From Octopus bimaculoides (lineage: Eukaryota), in contig NC_068989.1 of NCBI RefSeq assembly GCF_001194135.2, forward strand, positions 8,013,910 to 8,077,909: a stretch of 64,000 bases of DNA. The letters run 5' to 3'. This document shows, one piece after another, positions 1 through 13,453 of the stretch. The translations under genes and the position numbers were made by a program. A model generated the notes under the pieces. The model worked only from the letters and a program-made list of their open reading frames with translations, made no database searches and was not told the DNA's origin. Positions within the stretch are counted from its first letter, which is position 1; each line of letters begins with the position of its first letter.

Positions 1-558
1 AAGCATGGTGTAGAAATGCTAGCTGTTGATAGTAAAGATATTGATGTAAAACCAAAGATAACGGCAATCAAAACTGAAGATTCCATTAAAAAGAGCAATG
101 TAACATATATGCCAGCTTACGAGTGCCTATACTGCGAGTCTTCATGTATCTCTACTTCATTAACTAACATGAAACGTCATGTGCAGGAAGCTCACCCTTC
201 AGAAACAATTGTAGTGCGTGATTGTATTGCGTATAAATGCAAGCGTCCTTCCCGCATATATGTCTGTGACAACAGTGGGTGCATTTTCAATGATCTGGAC
301 TACAAGCAATATCTGATCCACGTCACAGCACACAAGGACGGTGTGTTGTACGAGTGTCTGTCATGTCCAACCTGGGCCAGCCAAGACAAAGAGGCGTTTG
401 TAAAGCATGTTAAGAAAGAATCGAATAAAAAACACAGCCTAGCTGAACTGCGGACTTCTATGAAGCCTGATGGCTCAGTCTTATTGAAAAAAGCAGACGG
501 TACGACTGTTGAGCAGTCTGTGAGACTCACAGAAGCTCCTGAACCATCTGCAAAGTAA
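1..558 (+). CDS. C2H2 zinc-finger protein, last coding exon (5'-partial; the frame is open from base 1)
   Basis: The frame reads KHGVEM... from base 1 to TAA at 556-558. It contains three finger-like units: CLYC-x14-H-x4-H, a canonical CDNSGC-x12-H-x3-H, and an atypical CLSC-x13-H-x8-H. A poly(A) signal follows the stop. Confidence 0.85.
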   Translation, partial: KHGVEMLAVDSKDIDVKPKITAIKTEDSIKKSNVTYMPAYECLYCESSCISTSLTNMKRHVQEAHPSETIVVRDCIAYKCKRPSRIYVCDNSGCIFNDLDYKQYLIHVTAHKDGVLYECLSCPTWASQDKEAFVKHVKKESNKKHSLAELRTSMKPDGSVLLKKADGTTVEQSVRLTEAPEPSAK

Positions 559-695
559 CAAACAAACAAAACAAAAAGCATAGAAACAAACATTTCTTCT
601 AAATCACATTGACTTTTTGAAATAGTAAATCTTTAACTTCATTCTTCATAATATTTGCTATGTGGTTCTACATACTGTTTCTCTTACATTTGTAC

Positions 696-701
696 AATAA
701 A
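696..701 (+). terminator. AATAAA polyadenylation signal of the zinc-finger gene
   Basis: AATAAA lies about 140 nt after the stop and is followed by a T/GT-rich downstream element (about 738-780). Confidence 0.65.
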
Positions 702-843
702 CTTACTTGGTATTCATTCAGTTACCAAACAATACATTTGGTTTTACTGTTGTCTTTTCTTTTTATTTGTGTGTGTGTCTGTGTCTAGCTCGGCTGTTTG
801 TAATGTAGACCTGTTTTGTTAATTGCTTGTATATTCTTTTATT

Positions 844-1410
844 CTTTTACTTGTTTCAGTCATTTGACTGCAGCCATGCTGGAGCACCGACTTTACTCAA
901 GCAAATCAACCCCAGGACTTGTAAGCCTAGTACTTATTCTATCGGCTGTCAAGTGATGTTGGAGGAACAAACATATACACACACACACACACACACATAT
1001 ATATACATACATACATACATAAATAAATAAATATATATATATATATAACGCCAGAGTTTTAATGGTGGCAGCTGATGAAGGGGATGTTTCTATGTGGCCT
1101 GCTTGTTTGTTGCACCTTGTTGACCATTTTGTCCTTGTTCTTTTGCCACGTCATGTACCTAGTTATGTATCTATATGTACATGTAGATGAACGTATATAC
1201 ATACATGTACATATATATGCATATACTCATATATTGTTTATATATATATATATTAACGATGGGCTTCTTTCAGTTTCTGTCTACCAGATCCACTCACAGG
1301 GCTTTGCTCAACCCGAGGCTATAGTAGAAGACACTTGCCCAAGGTGCCACTCAGTGGGACTGAACCTGGAACCATGTGGTTGGTAAGCAAGCTACTTACC
1401 ACACAGCCAC
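844..1410 (-). mobile_element. Bipartite tRNA-derived SINE, family A/D (tRNA-like head, microsatellite linker, 3' module)
   Basis: The head at 1255-1410 and the 3' module at 844-950 recur many times in the window (5205-5570, 10195-10420, 11170-11345, 12570-12712, 25960-26160, 33505-33860, 47820-47990, 51220-51420, 60555-60750). Confidence 0.8.
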
Positions 1411-1423
1411 TCCTACACCTATC

Positions 1424-1588
1424 ATCATCATCATCATCATCATCATTGTTTAACGTCCGCTTTCCATGCTAGCATGGGTTGGACGATTTGACTGAGGACT
1501 GGTGCAACCGGATGGCTACACCAGGCTCCAATCTAATTTGGCAGAGTTTCTGCAGCTGGATGCCCTTCCTGACGCCAACCACTCAGAG
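1424..1588. mobile_element. Short retroposon end with a (CAT)n/(ATG)n tail
   Basis: A (CAT)n tract abuts cgtccgctttccatgctagcatgggttggacg...ggatgcccttcctgacgccaacc, which I recall as an abundant octopus repeat. It occurs only once in this window. Confidence 0.45.
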
Positions 1589-2819
1589 GACTTGACCTCA
1601 ATCCCTATTAAATTGTTCTGTCAATTGCTTATATTCATGTATACATACATACATACACATAAATATACAGGACTTGACCTTAATCCAAGACAATTTCCAA
1701 CCTTGTGCTTGTCCAAAGCCGTACTTGGTAGTCATACATCTCACGGTACCCTAACAATAACAGACTTATACATAGGCCCTTCCTCAATAACGTACTGGTA
1801 TTTCCGGGGTCCACCAGAGTAAAAATTTGTATATTGGTTCTACATATAACCTCCTTCGTAACCGTGTCTCTCTTCAGCGATCAGTGTGTCCTTGAAACAG
1901 TTTTTCTACACATGACCCATTGTTTCTACGAGCTCCTCTTTATCCAATGTGTTGCGTGCAGCGATTTTTCCACAACTTATTGTCTTTCATTATCCAAACT
2001 CTTAATAACAGAATTTTTTTTTTCTCAATGTTTTACTTTCTCTGAACGGATCCAGTTATCCATAACTAATCAGTCTATCAGAGTACATGTGTTTTTGTAT
2101 ATCTTTGTGCATATTTTATCACTACAGATAAGATTATGTACAGACAAGTTTATTGTGATTCGAATACATTTATTTGCGTTAAAAAAAATGCCACATCACT
2201 CTCCTTTTTTTTCTCAGACTTACTATATATGAGGCTTTATTAATGTGTCATCCTAAATTTCCTTGAAAAAACTAAGGGATGTTAAGAGGGAAATTTGGTT
2301 GCTATTTCTAGCAGGCCAGGTGATTAAGTAGAAGAATATTGTAAATAGATTTCTGTACATGGGAACATTGCCATATGCGCAGTTAGCCATCCATCGAAAA
2401 CTATACTTTCACTAAAAGATTGATAACAATTTATTATTATTATTATTATTATTTATTTATTTAATTTTTGGGGGCTTTAGAATTTCATTTCCTTTACTCC
2501 AATAAACCATCACTTCATTACAGTTTTATAGATCTTAGGCTTTTACTGAATCTTACGTCATTTTGGTACACGCAACCGTTAGTTAACCTGAAATAATAAT
2601 AATAATAACAATAACAACAACAATTTCTATTTGCCACCTGGGTGACGGATGAGGAGGACGACACAACGACAGACAAAATGTGGGCATTTAAATGCAATGA
2701 TATGATATAGAAAAATAAAATAAAATGAATTGATAATTAAATAGATTGTAGAAAGCATACGTCGTAAATAGGAAATGTACACAGTATACATCAATGAAAT
2801 AATAATAATAATAATAATA

Positions 2820-3010
2820 ATCCTTTCTACTATATGTACAAGGCCTGAAATTTGATGGGGGTGGGGTGAAGTCGATTACATCGACACCAGTACTCAGCTG
2901 GTATGTAATTTAGTGACCTCGAAAGGATGAAAGGCAAAGTCGACATCGGCGGAATTTGAACTCACATCGTGAAGATGGACGAAATGCTGCCATGCATTTT
3001 GCCCGGCGTG
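2820..3010 (-). mobile_element. SINE family B copy with the 5' end of its head missing
   Basis: It matches the family B body (gcctttcatcctttcggggtcgataa...agtaccag) and its ...tagaaaggattatt tail. The head is cut at cacgccgggc by the tail of the adjacent LINE. Confidence 0.85.
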
Positions 3011-3790
3011 AATAATAATAATAATAATTTCATTTATTAGCCACTAGGGGACGATACAGTAGACATAGACAGTAGGGATCTTACACAGGGACAGCGAGTA
3101 CACAAAACAATAACAATGATATCCAACAAAAGAATATAACAATGAAAGTTCCCCAATAGGGTGGGTGGGGGAGGTGATCACCTGAGGTTATCCCAGGTAT
3201 CCCACCAATCCTGAACCAGTCGACGCTTCGAGGGCATCTGGGAAGTGCACCCGTCTCCCTCTCAAATTCACTCGCCTACAGGCGCATTATTAGAGTAGGT
3301 TCACTCACACGTGCCGTTTTCGCTACATTTACCCACCTTTTAGCAAATGTAATGGGAGGCAGCACGTCTCTCCCCACCCTCATCTTCCTTACCAAATGAA
3401 ATTTGAAGAAGTTGAGTGATTGGCCGAAGAGAAAAGTGTTTGTCTTCAGTTCTTTCAACCTGGTCCACCATACAGACAGAGGAAAATTGCCTGCCCTTTC
3501 GGACCGAAGGAAAGCGGCGGATCGATCTTCACTACGGACTCGGCCGATAGCCGGATCCGTCCTACACGTGATAACAGCTGTTCAACATGACTCCATAAGT
3601 CAGTAATGCAAGAACACTGGACGTGTGTGTGCAGAACGGTTTCGTCGCTCTGCGCGCACCTCGGGCAGGTAGGTCCGTCTGACAGCACTTCTGTACCTGT
3701 AGAGTTTATCTCGAACCGGCAGTGCCCACCGGTAGAACTGCCAAGCTAGGGATTTCTGGCATGCTTAAAGGTTATGTAACCGTGGTTTGA
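3011..3790 (-). mobile_element. L1/Tx1-clade LINE, 3' fragment (zf-RVT region, 3' UTR, (ATT)n tail)
   Basis: Minus-strand translation across frameshifts gives QKSLAWQFYRWALPVRDKLYR, CPRCAQSDETVLHTHVQCSCITDLW and FFKFHLVRKMRV...FAKRWVNVAK. This is followed by a T-rich UTR, AATAAA and (ATT)6. Confidence 0.85.
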
Positions 3791-3832
3791 TCTTGGTGGT
3801 CCCAGTTTTCTTTGTTACCTTATAGAGTAAAC

Positions 3833-4056
3833 ATGGCCGCTCCTCTGGCATTGTGACCACCGAGGAAGAATAGAGAGCAATGATCCGATTCCTCTGATCT
3901 GAAGGTGTGTTATGAGCTGAAATTCATCGTAGGCTTTCAGTACAATGCGAGGACAGCGGTCTACCGCGTAGAAGTGTGTATGAGTAGATCAAGTTTTTTA
4001 AAAATGGTCGGACAAGCGTGAAGCACGAAGCGGGAGCAGGACGGCCATCAACCTCT
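3833..4056 (+). mobile_element. mariner transposase N-terminal (HTH) fossil
   Basis: The degenerate translation MAAPLAL..EE*RAMIRFL*SEGV..AEIHRRLSVQCEDSGLPRRSVYE*IKFFKNGRTSVKHEAGAGRPSTS matches the mariner DNA-binding region. Confidence 0.85.
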
Positions 4057-4057
4057 A

Positions 4058-4245
4058 ATTTCAGAGCAGCGGGGAAGTCGATTGCATCGACCCCAGTGCT
4101 CAATGGGTACTTATTTTATCGACCTCGAAAGCATGAAATGCAAAGTCAGCCTCGGTGGAATTTGAACCTAGAACGTATAGCCGGAAGAAATGTCGCGAAT
4201 AATTTTGTCCGGCGTGCTAACGATTCTGTCAGACCGCCGCCTCTT
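4058..4245 (-). mobile_element. SINE family B copy
   Basis: It has the family B head (reverse complement of ggcggtctgacagaatcgttagcacgccggac) and body. Confidence 0.8.
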
Positions 4246-5204
4246 CATTAGCAATAACTGCAACGTAAACAATAGGAAGAACAATGATCCAGCATCAACA
4301 TTATGAATAACAGCGACAGCAGTTACAAAGGCTCAGACAGCAACAATAACGGAACAGACTAACATTAAGAATGAGAGGAGGGATTGTCTTTGGGTAGTTG
4401 CTCGGCTCACAAGAAGTAGTCAGATGTCACAAGGACATTGTATGAGAATGAATATCGAGGGCGCATGAATATAATATAAGCTTCAGTTGTATCTCTCTTG
4501 GGGAGTAAAATACGCGACTGTCGGAATGCTATTATTGCTCATTGAACTATGATTGAGGATTGATCTGGTGACCAAGCAGCAGCAACAATAACGATATTAC
4601 AAATAGCAGCAGCCAACATGAAAATATCAACATTGTCTCTCTACATGCTAGAAATAGCAGTCAAGATCACATCACACCATTTGAAGTAAGAACCATTTCA
4701 AAAAATGTAGTCGGAAAAAATCTTTGCGAAAAGATAGAATGATCACAGTTGGAAAATAGCGAATGGTAGAGGCTTTATTGTATCGAATCAACTGCTTTGC
4801 AGTAATCAATCCAATTGTGTGAGCTCGGAATTCAAGTCTCACCGTGGTAAACGTTACCTTTCACCATTTCGGGGTCGACAATAAAAAATGTTACCAATTT
4901 AGGGCGATGGATTAGCGGGATTGTAAGAACATCTAAACGAATGTTGTGCAATGTCTTGTCTTGCATCTTTGCGGTTTTGAGTTCAAATCCCGTGAAGACC
5001 TACTTGCGTGGTATTCGAGTAGACTTAACCCCTCATCCCGTTGTATACCACCACCTCGCACCTTGGGTGTCTTTAGAAGAGTCTCTATTGTAAGCCTTCG
5101 GGTTCGGTGTTCAGTTTTACGATATCGTCCTCATTACCACCTTCCAATCAATTATAGAGGCACAGGCTCTGCCTTTCTTCCTTATTTGTGGGTTTTTTTT
5201 TGTT

Positions 5205-5570
5205 TCAGTAATTAGACTGTGGCCATGCTGGGGCATCACCTTGAAGAATTTTAGTCGAATGAATCGACCCCAGTGCTTATTATATTTTAAAACTTGGTAC
5301 TTATTCTGTTGGTTTCTTTTGTCAAACCGCTAAGTTATGGGAATGCAGACACATCAATACTAGTTTTCAAGCGGCAGGGGAGGACAAACACGCACACCAC
5401 ACATCTATATACGACGGGGTTCTTTCATTTTCCGTCTACCAAATGCTCTCACAAGGCTTTGGTCGGGCCGAGGCTATAGTAGAAGACACTTGCCCCTGGT
5501 GCCACGCAATGGGGCTGAACTCGAGACAGTGTGGTTGGGAAGCACATTTCTTACCGCACTGCCACACTTG
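5205..5570 (-). mobile_element. Near full-length family A/D SINE
   Basis: The head (about 5415-5570) and 3' module (about 5205-5400) are contiguous, with a short CA/TA linker. Confidence 0.8.
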
Positions 5571-6975
5571 CGCTTTGACTAAGATGAAATTAAAAAAAAA
5601 CAAAACAAGACATTTGTTCCTTCGCAGTGACCTATGCGCCAAACAGCAGCGACATAATTTAACAATAGCAACATAATCAACAACAAGATGATCAATGCAA
5701 CATGAAACATGTAAAACAACAACAACAACAATTAGAAGAATATGAAGGAAGAAAGGTGGACATAAAAGGGAAATGTAGAATTGTATTGGATTTACCTAGG
5801 ATATCGGTGTTTTTCAATATTATAGATAAACACAATCTATGACAAAACCACATCAGGCTGCTGGTTGACAAGTGCCTTATATTTAATTTACAACAGGAGG
5901 CATAGCATTTAGTGTAGGATGTATGCAGCGTAAGAGCTGTGAAATCTAGAATGAAAAGAAAATACAGAAAAGTTTAACAGGCGTGGCACTGTGTGTGTGA
6001 TTTAGAAGTTTGTTTTATTTAATGTGTGTGTGTGTGTGTGAATATATGTGTGTGTGTGTATGTATGTGTGTGCCTGTATGTATGAGTATATGAATACAGA
6101 TATGTATAAAAGTGTAAGTCCGTATATACTGGTGTTTTTATTGAAAACTATTGGTTTGAAATGTTTTAGCGTTTTGAAAATTTTTGTGTTTGCAGGTAGA
6201 GACTATTTATATTATTCACTCATTCTCTCTGCCTCTCTCCCTCTCTCCATATATATATTTCAATTCAGTGTTTCTAAATATAGGAATGTGCTAGGATTCA
6301 TTGGTACAAAGTTGGCGGGGTTTGTTATTTTCTTCGTATAGTTGTGCGTGCAACAATATTTTCAAATTTATGCAAAGTGGAGTATTCCTTGATTTTATTG
6401 TCCATACATGTTTAGATACTGAAGTATCACTGTTTCCTGTTTAGATTGCGAAACATGCGTGTGACAGTTGTATCACAATTTGAAATGGTTTGCAGTAAAC
6501 TTTATATATGTGAATGTATTACGTAGTATAGCGTTCGTGGCTATAGTTGTGCTATCGACAATATGACCTGTGATACAGTTTCCGTTTAGAGGAGAGGGCG
6601 AAGTTCTGAACTTGCAATTGTTGTTGTGTGTGTGGTTTCGTTTTTTTTTTTTTTACCTTTAGAAAGTTTTAGGTGGTTCGAAGTTGTTAATTGCAGAATA
6701 TAATATTTTTATGCTGTGTATGTTTATTAGTTTGTGGTAATTGTGATTTTGGCGGGAAAGTGTTTTTGGAGTATTCCGAAAAATAGTTAGGTTGACGTTG
6801 TGGAGACTTGCATACTGAGGAGGGAGCTGAACGAGATAATCCAAACAAACATACATACATAGACATATGCATACATGCATGCATACATATTTACATACGT
6901 AAAAAACAACATTAATACATACATTTATGAATACACACATACAAACATTTGTCATATTTGCACCTGTCTCATATA

Positions 6976-7171
6976 TTGGGTTGTCCGGAAAGTTCGTGCC
7001 GATTTTTAAATGAAAGAAAAAGGTCAATAAATACTTGCCATTACATTTTTAATCAACGAAATATGAACCATTTTGTTAAAATACCCTCTTCCCAGAATCG
7101 AGGTGGTTTCATGGCAAATAAGTCGAAAGGTAAGCTACTATAAATCGGCACGAACTTTCCGGACAACCCAG
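6976..7171 (-). mobile_element. mariner-derived MITE
   Basis: 30-bp TIRs are 29/30 identical (ttgggttgtccggaaagttcgtgccgattt), with TA on both flanks. The internal remnant reads QNGSYFVD* on the minus strand, like a mariner C-terminus. Confidence 0.9.
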
Positions 7172-7649
7172 TATATTACATGGATATTAAATAAAGGGAC
7201 CAAGACAGGGTTATTAGAAGCACATTACTACATACTAAAAGGACCAAAATCTTTGCTGGATTTAAATACAAGCAATGACTGCAAACTTAAACAATAAATG
7301 CATACCTTGTCGTTCTGACGCCAAAACCATAGTGAAGCATAACACCAAAACACAGAATGTAGATCTTAATTTGGAATTCATGGTTTATCAGAGAAGCAAA
7401 GCAATCTTGAGAGGTTACAATTACAAAGATGAAGATTCAGCCGTTGTCGTATGTTGAATAGATGTTTAGTGTAAAGGAATTTAGTTTGAGATTTAAACCA
7501 CCTGTTTTTCTGGTATTTATTTATTATTTAATTTATTTATTTAATGTTTCGTTTTTTTGTTTTTGTTTCTTTTGTGTTGTTTTTGTTTAGCGATTGCAGG
7601 ATTTACCTGTTTGTTCCTTTTAATGTTATCTTTGTTGATTTCTGATAAT

Positions 7650-8170
<521 letters not shown>

Positions 8171-8189
8171 TAATAATACAAAAAGTCAC

Positions 8190-8300
8190 TTTTAAACACT
8201 ATGATAAATACCCCTTTCCCCAAAGTAATCAGATACCGAAAAATTGTTCCCATGGGTACTGTTTACATCCTTAGGAAAAGAGGTTCAAGTTGAAAATATC
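8190..8300 (+). mobile_element. R4/Dong-like LINE C-terminal remnant next to (TAA)n
   Basis: Allowing one frameshift it reads IPKIVPMGTVYILRK, similar to the conserved QKxVLxGTAxILR terminus of R4/Dong ORFs. Confidence 0.5.
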
Positions 8301-11300
8301 TGAAGCTTTTAAACGCTTTCAAAATTGTAAATATTACTACAATCTTTTAAGGAAATCTTAATTTTCATTATTTCCTTTCACTACTATATATCACTGCAAG
8401 TATAAAGATCTTGAAATAGAAATTGGCAAAATGTGGAACTTGTATTTTCTAAAAGGTAAAAGATTTGTTGAAAAATCAACAACAACAACAAAAAAAAAAA
8501 ACGAAAGAAAAGAGAAAACTCAATAAAATGTGCTATATGTAAATATGCTAAAATATATTAATGTTCGTAGCCTCTTCAATATGGCTGTTCCGTTCGAACG
8601 AATTTTTCTGCGATTTTTTAACTTCATGATATTTCTGACGAAGCGCAATTAATTCCGATAAAATAAATTACAAGGGAAATAACTGGGAATATGAAAGTGG
8701 TAAGAGTAACTGCCCTTGTCCCATTATTTGGAAAATATGTTCGTAACGTGTTCGTTTTATGTATAAGAACGTTGTAATTTTAATAAACCAAACAGGAACG
8801 GGGATTGTATTGCAATAAATATTATACACATGTTCCTTAAATTATACTGTTCTGTCATGGAAAAGAGAGTAAAGTTCAAGCGATAAATAAAATAGACCTC
8901 AGCTGAATACTTTTCACTGCACGTCTGCTCGGTCAAGGTAAACAAAAAGAGAAAATCAGCTTGAATTAGCAAAATTGCTTATTTATTGCCAGGTTAGCTT
9001 GATCAAGGCTGACCTGGGGTTAAATAACAACAACAAAAACGCTATATCACTCGAGCTAACGACAAAGACCCTATGTGGTCGCTTCCCTTGCTAGAAATAG
9101 TATCCAAAATTTCCTTGGATCAAACGTTGTGATTTAATGTAAAGTTGATACCAAAATTCAAGGCATTTATATCTAGGTGCAGGCATGACTATACTGTGAA
9201 GAAATTCGCTTTGCAAACACGTGGAAAAAATCTTTTTATTTCTTCAATATTATCAACGCTTTCGTTCGTTTCTCGAACTTGTCAAATAGAATTTTTTGAA
9301 TGTACAAACAACTTGTTCATTTATTAAAAGAACATGTTTNNNNNNNNNNNNNNNNNNNNNNNNNNNNNNNNNNNNNNNNNNNNNNNNNNNNNNNNNNNNN
9401 NNNNNNNNNNNNNNNNNNNNNNNNNNNNNNNNNNNNNNNNNNNNNNNNNNNNNNNNNNNNNNNNNNNNNNNNNNNNNNNNNNNNNNNNNNNNNNNNNNNN
9501 NNNNNNNNNNNNNNNNNNNNNNNNNNNNNNNNNNNNNNNNNNNNNNNNNNNNNNNNNNNNNNNNNNNNNNNNNNNNNNNNNNNNNNNNNNNNNNNNNNNN
9601 NNNNNNNNNNNNNNNNNNNNNNNNNNNNNNNNNNNNNNNNNNNNNNNNNNNNNNNNNNNNNNNNNNNNNNNNNNNNNNNNNNNNNNNNNNNNNNNNNNNN
9701 NNNNNNNNNNNNNNNNNNNNNNNNNNNNNNNNNNNNNNNNNNNNNNNNNNNNNNNNNNNNNNNNNNNNNNNNNNNNNNNNNNNNNNNNNNNNNNNNNNNN
9801 NNNNNNNNNNNNNNNNNNNNNNNNNNNNNNNNNNNNNNNNNNNNNNNNNNNNNNNNNNNNNNNNNNNNNNNNNNNNNNNNNNNNNNNNNNNNNNNNNNNN
9901 NNNNNNNNNNNNNNNNNNNNNNNNNNNNNNNNNNNNNNNNNNNNNNNNNNNNNNNNNNNNNNNNNNNNNNNNNNNNNNNNNNNNNNNNNNNNNNNNNNNN
10001 NNNNNNNNNNNNNNNNNNNNNNNNNNNNNNNNNNNNNNNNNNNNNNNNNNNNNNNNNNNNNNNNNNNNNNNNNNNNNNNNNNNNNNNNNNNNNNNNNNNN
10101 NNNNNNNNNNNNNNNNNNNNNNNNNNNNNNNNNNNNNNNNNNNNNNNNNNNNNNNNNNNNNNNNNNNNNTATATATATATATATATATATATGAATGTAT
10201 GTATATATGTGTGTGTGCCTTTGTGTCTGTGCTTGTCTCTCCCATCATCACTTAACAACTGGTGTTGGTCCTCGCACGTATAGATTCGGCAAAAGGGACC
10301 TATAAAATAAGTGCTAGGCTTACAAAAAATAAGTTCTGGAGTCGATTTCTTCGACTAAAAAAACTTTTACGATGATGCTCCAATATGGCTGCAGTCAACT
10401 GACTGAAACAAGTAAAAAAAAGAATACTCACACACACACGCGTGTGTATATACACGCATGCAAACACACCCCTGTGCCAATCTGGCTAGTTCTCGACCCA
10501 CCCACATACCTATCTACATTCGTACATACACAGAGGCATTGAAAGACGTTACGTCGTGTCTCTTTGCAGCTACGAGTGGCACTTTAAGATGAAAGAAATC
10601 CATAGGAAATTAAATAGGAAGTCATAGCGCAGGCGGGGTCCTATATAAACCGGAGCGGACGATGCAAGCTTTGAATAACAGTGCGAGCAAGGATTCTTAT
10701 AGACTCGCTGGCCCGGGATCTCTCTTAAACTCAAGACACGAGATCTATATGCCCTGCCCCCATTTCAAACGCTACCTGCTGCAGTTGTGGGATTCCTCGT
10801 TCATCGATTAATGGCATAAAAAAATACTTGCTGACCGGAACCAGCCTAAAGGCGGAGACTCCCTGTCTGCGCCATAGGTCCATAAGATTTGCCAACCAGG
10901 CCGGTCTGAAGGTGATAACTCGTCCCCTTTAAAGCTCAGACAGTATAAATTATTCTTTTATTTACAAATTAACTGAACGTAACGGTTTTCTACCTCCAGT
11001 CTGAAGAGAAGTTATATGCCTTCAGCCGTTGGAGCCTTACAAGTCGTCTATAAAGCTTTATGGATGCGAAACCATTTGTCGCTCTATGATCGGACATATA
11101 TTTAGCTTCATGTAAATACATAACTGCTCATCAGAGTATGCTTCTTTTTTCTTGGATATATGACCCACTGATGTGTGTGTGTGTGTATCTGTGTCTTTGT
11201 ATTTGTTCGCCCCACACTGCTTGACAACCGATAGACAACGCAGCAGGCTTACAAAATAAGTACTGGAGTCGATTAGTCGAAGAAATTAACCAAACTCTTC

Positions 11301-11994
11301 AAGGCAGTACCCCAATAAGGCTGCAGTGTAGTAACTCTGGCAAGTAAAGATTTTAAAATATATTTTCAATTATTATATCAGAATTTCAAAAACATATTTA
11401 ACGTTTACTGGATTGTTTGATTACTTATATTATGACTAAATAATAAATTATTTTAACTAATTTTGCTAATTACCTTTTAGTTATATTTTCAAATACATGT
11501 TTAATTAAATTTGAACCTAAATAATTATATAATTATTAGTGTCTAGATTGATATGATTAGATATAATGACTATATTTCATTTTAAGCAATATATTCGTTA
11601 ACTCTTTGCTTCTCCTGTGTATAACATTCGATGCCTATGATGTATTCGATGCCTATGATGTATCCCATGGCATCCATGCATCACATACGATACACATTTC
11701 CAACCATCTGCGTAACTTGGAACTAATGAAAGGAGATCTTTATATTGCTCAGAACATATGAAGCAAGGGCTAACTAAACATCTGAGAAAAGCATGGACGT
11801 TTAGGACAAAACTACTAAAGTATTTCGGACAGGCAAAGGGCTAAGATCCTTTCTTATGAAATCTGCTTTATATGGAAGTGTGTTGGTTATCTGTGGAGGC
11901 ACAATGGCCCAGTTGTTAGGGCAGCGGACTCGCGGTCGTGCAACACAGTAACCAATAGACCGCGAGCCTTTTACACGCTCGAGCGATGTAATGA

Positions 11995-12425
11995 AATGTA
12001 ACTCAATATAAAACATATAACACATTATCATATGTTAACATACAATTATACATATAACACAGTATGATATAATACTGTACAATATGATGCCTTATATGAT
12101 ATAATAACAACACGATATAACTCAATATAATTTTGATATAATTTAATACAATATAACACATTATAACCTTTGTATAATACAATATAATATAAAACAATAT
12201 AATGTTATATTATACAATATACTATGATATAAAACATTATAATATGATATAACGCAATATAATATATAATTTAATAACACAATATAGTATGATATAATTT
12301 AATATAACACAATATAACGTGATATAATACAATATAGTATGTAATAACACAGTGTAACATGATATAATACAATATGTTATAGTACACTATAATACAGAAT
12401 AATATGATATAACACAATAAAAGAG
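11995..12425. repeat. Degenerate AT-rich pentamer satellite (ATATA/ATAAT/AACAC/GATAT units)
   Basis: Visible 5-bp periodic low-complexity tract. Confidence 0.7.
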
Positions 12426-13453
12426 AAAGTACATTATCATGTGTAATCTAGGTGAGTACAATATATAATGCTCTTTAACGTAGGCACAAGGCATAGAGAT
12501 TTTAAGGTAGAAAAAGCCGGGAAAATGAATCTACCCGGCAGTACTCCACTGGTTGCTATTTTGTTTTGTAAGTTTGCTTCCCAACCAAATGATTCCGGGT
12601 TCAGTCCCAATACGTGTAACCTCGGGCAAGGATCTTCTATTATAGTCTCCGGCTGACCAAAGCCTTGTGAGTGGATCTGGTAGCCGGAAACTGAAAGAGG
12701 CGCGTCGTGTATGTATATATATATATATATNNNNNNNNNNNNNNNNNNNNNNNNNNNNNNNNNNNNNNNNNNNNNNNNNNNNNNNNNNNNNNNNNNNNNN
12801 NNNNNNNNNNNNNNNNNNNNNNNNNNNNNNNNNNNNNNNNNNNNNNNNNNNNNNNNNNNNNNNNNNNNNNNNNNNNNNNNNNNNNNNNNNNNNNNNNNNN
12901 NNNNNNNNNNNNNNNNNNNNNNNNNNNNNNNNNNNNNNNNNNNNNNNNNNNNNNNNNNNNNNNNNNNNNNNNNNNNNNNNNNNNNNNNNNNNNNNNNNNN
13001 NNNNNNNNNNNNNNNNNNNNNNNNNNNNNNNNNNNNNNNNNNNNNNNNNNNNNNNNNNNNNNNNNNNNNNNNNNNNNNNNNNNNNNNNNNNNNNNNNNNN
13101 NNNNNNNNNNNNNNNNNNNNNNNNNNNNNNNNNNNNNNNNNNNNNNNNNNNNNNNNNNNNNNNNNNNNNNNNNNNNNNNNNNNNNNNNNNNNNNNNNNNN
13201 NNNNNNNNNNNNNNNNNNNNNNNNNNNNNNNNNNNNNNNNNNNNNNNNNNNNNNNNNNNNNNNNNNNNNNNNNNNNNNNNNNNNNNNNNNNNNNATATAT
13301 ATATATATATATATATATATAACTGTGTGTGTGTTTATGTATGTATGTATATGGCCGAATGAGTAAGAAGTTTGCTTTGCAGCCGTAAGGTAGCGGTTTC
13401 AATCCTACTACATGCTATCCTGGACTAATTAGTCACTTGTTAATCATATAAGC

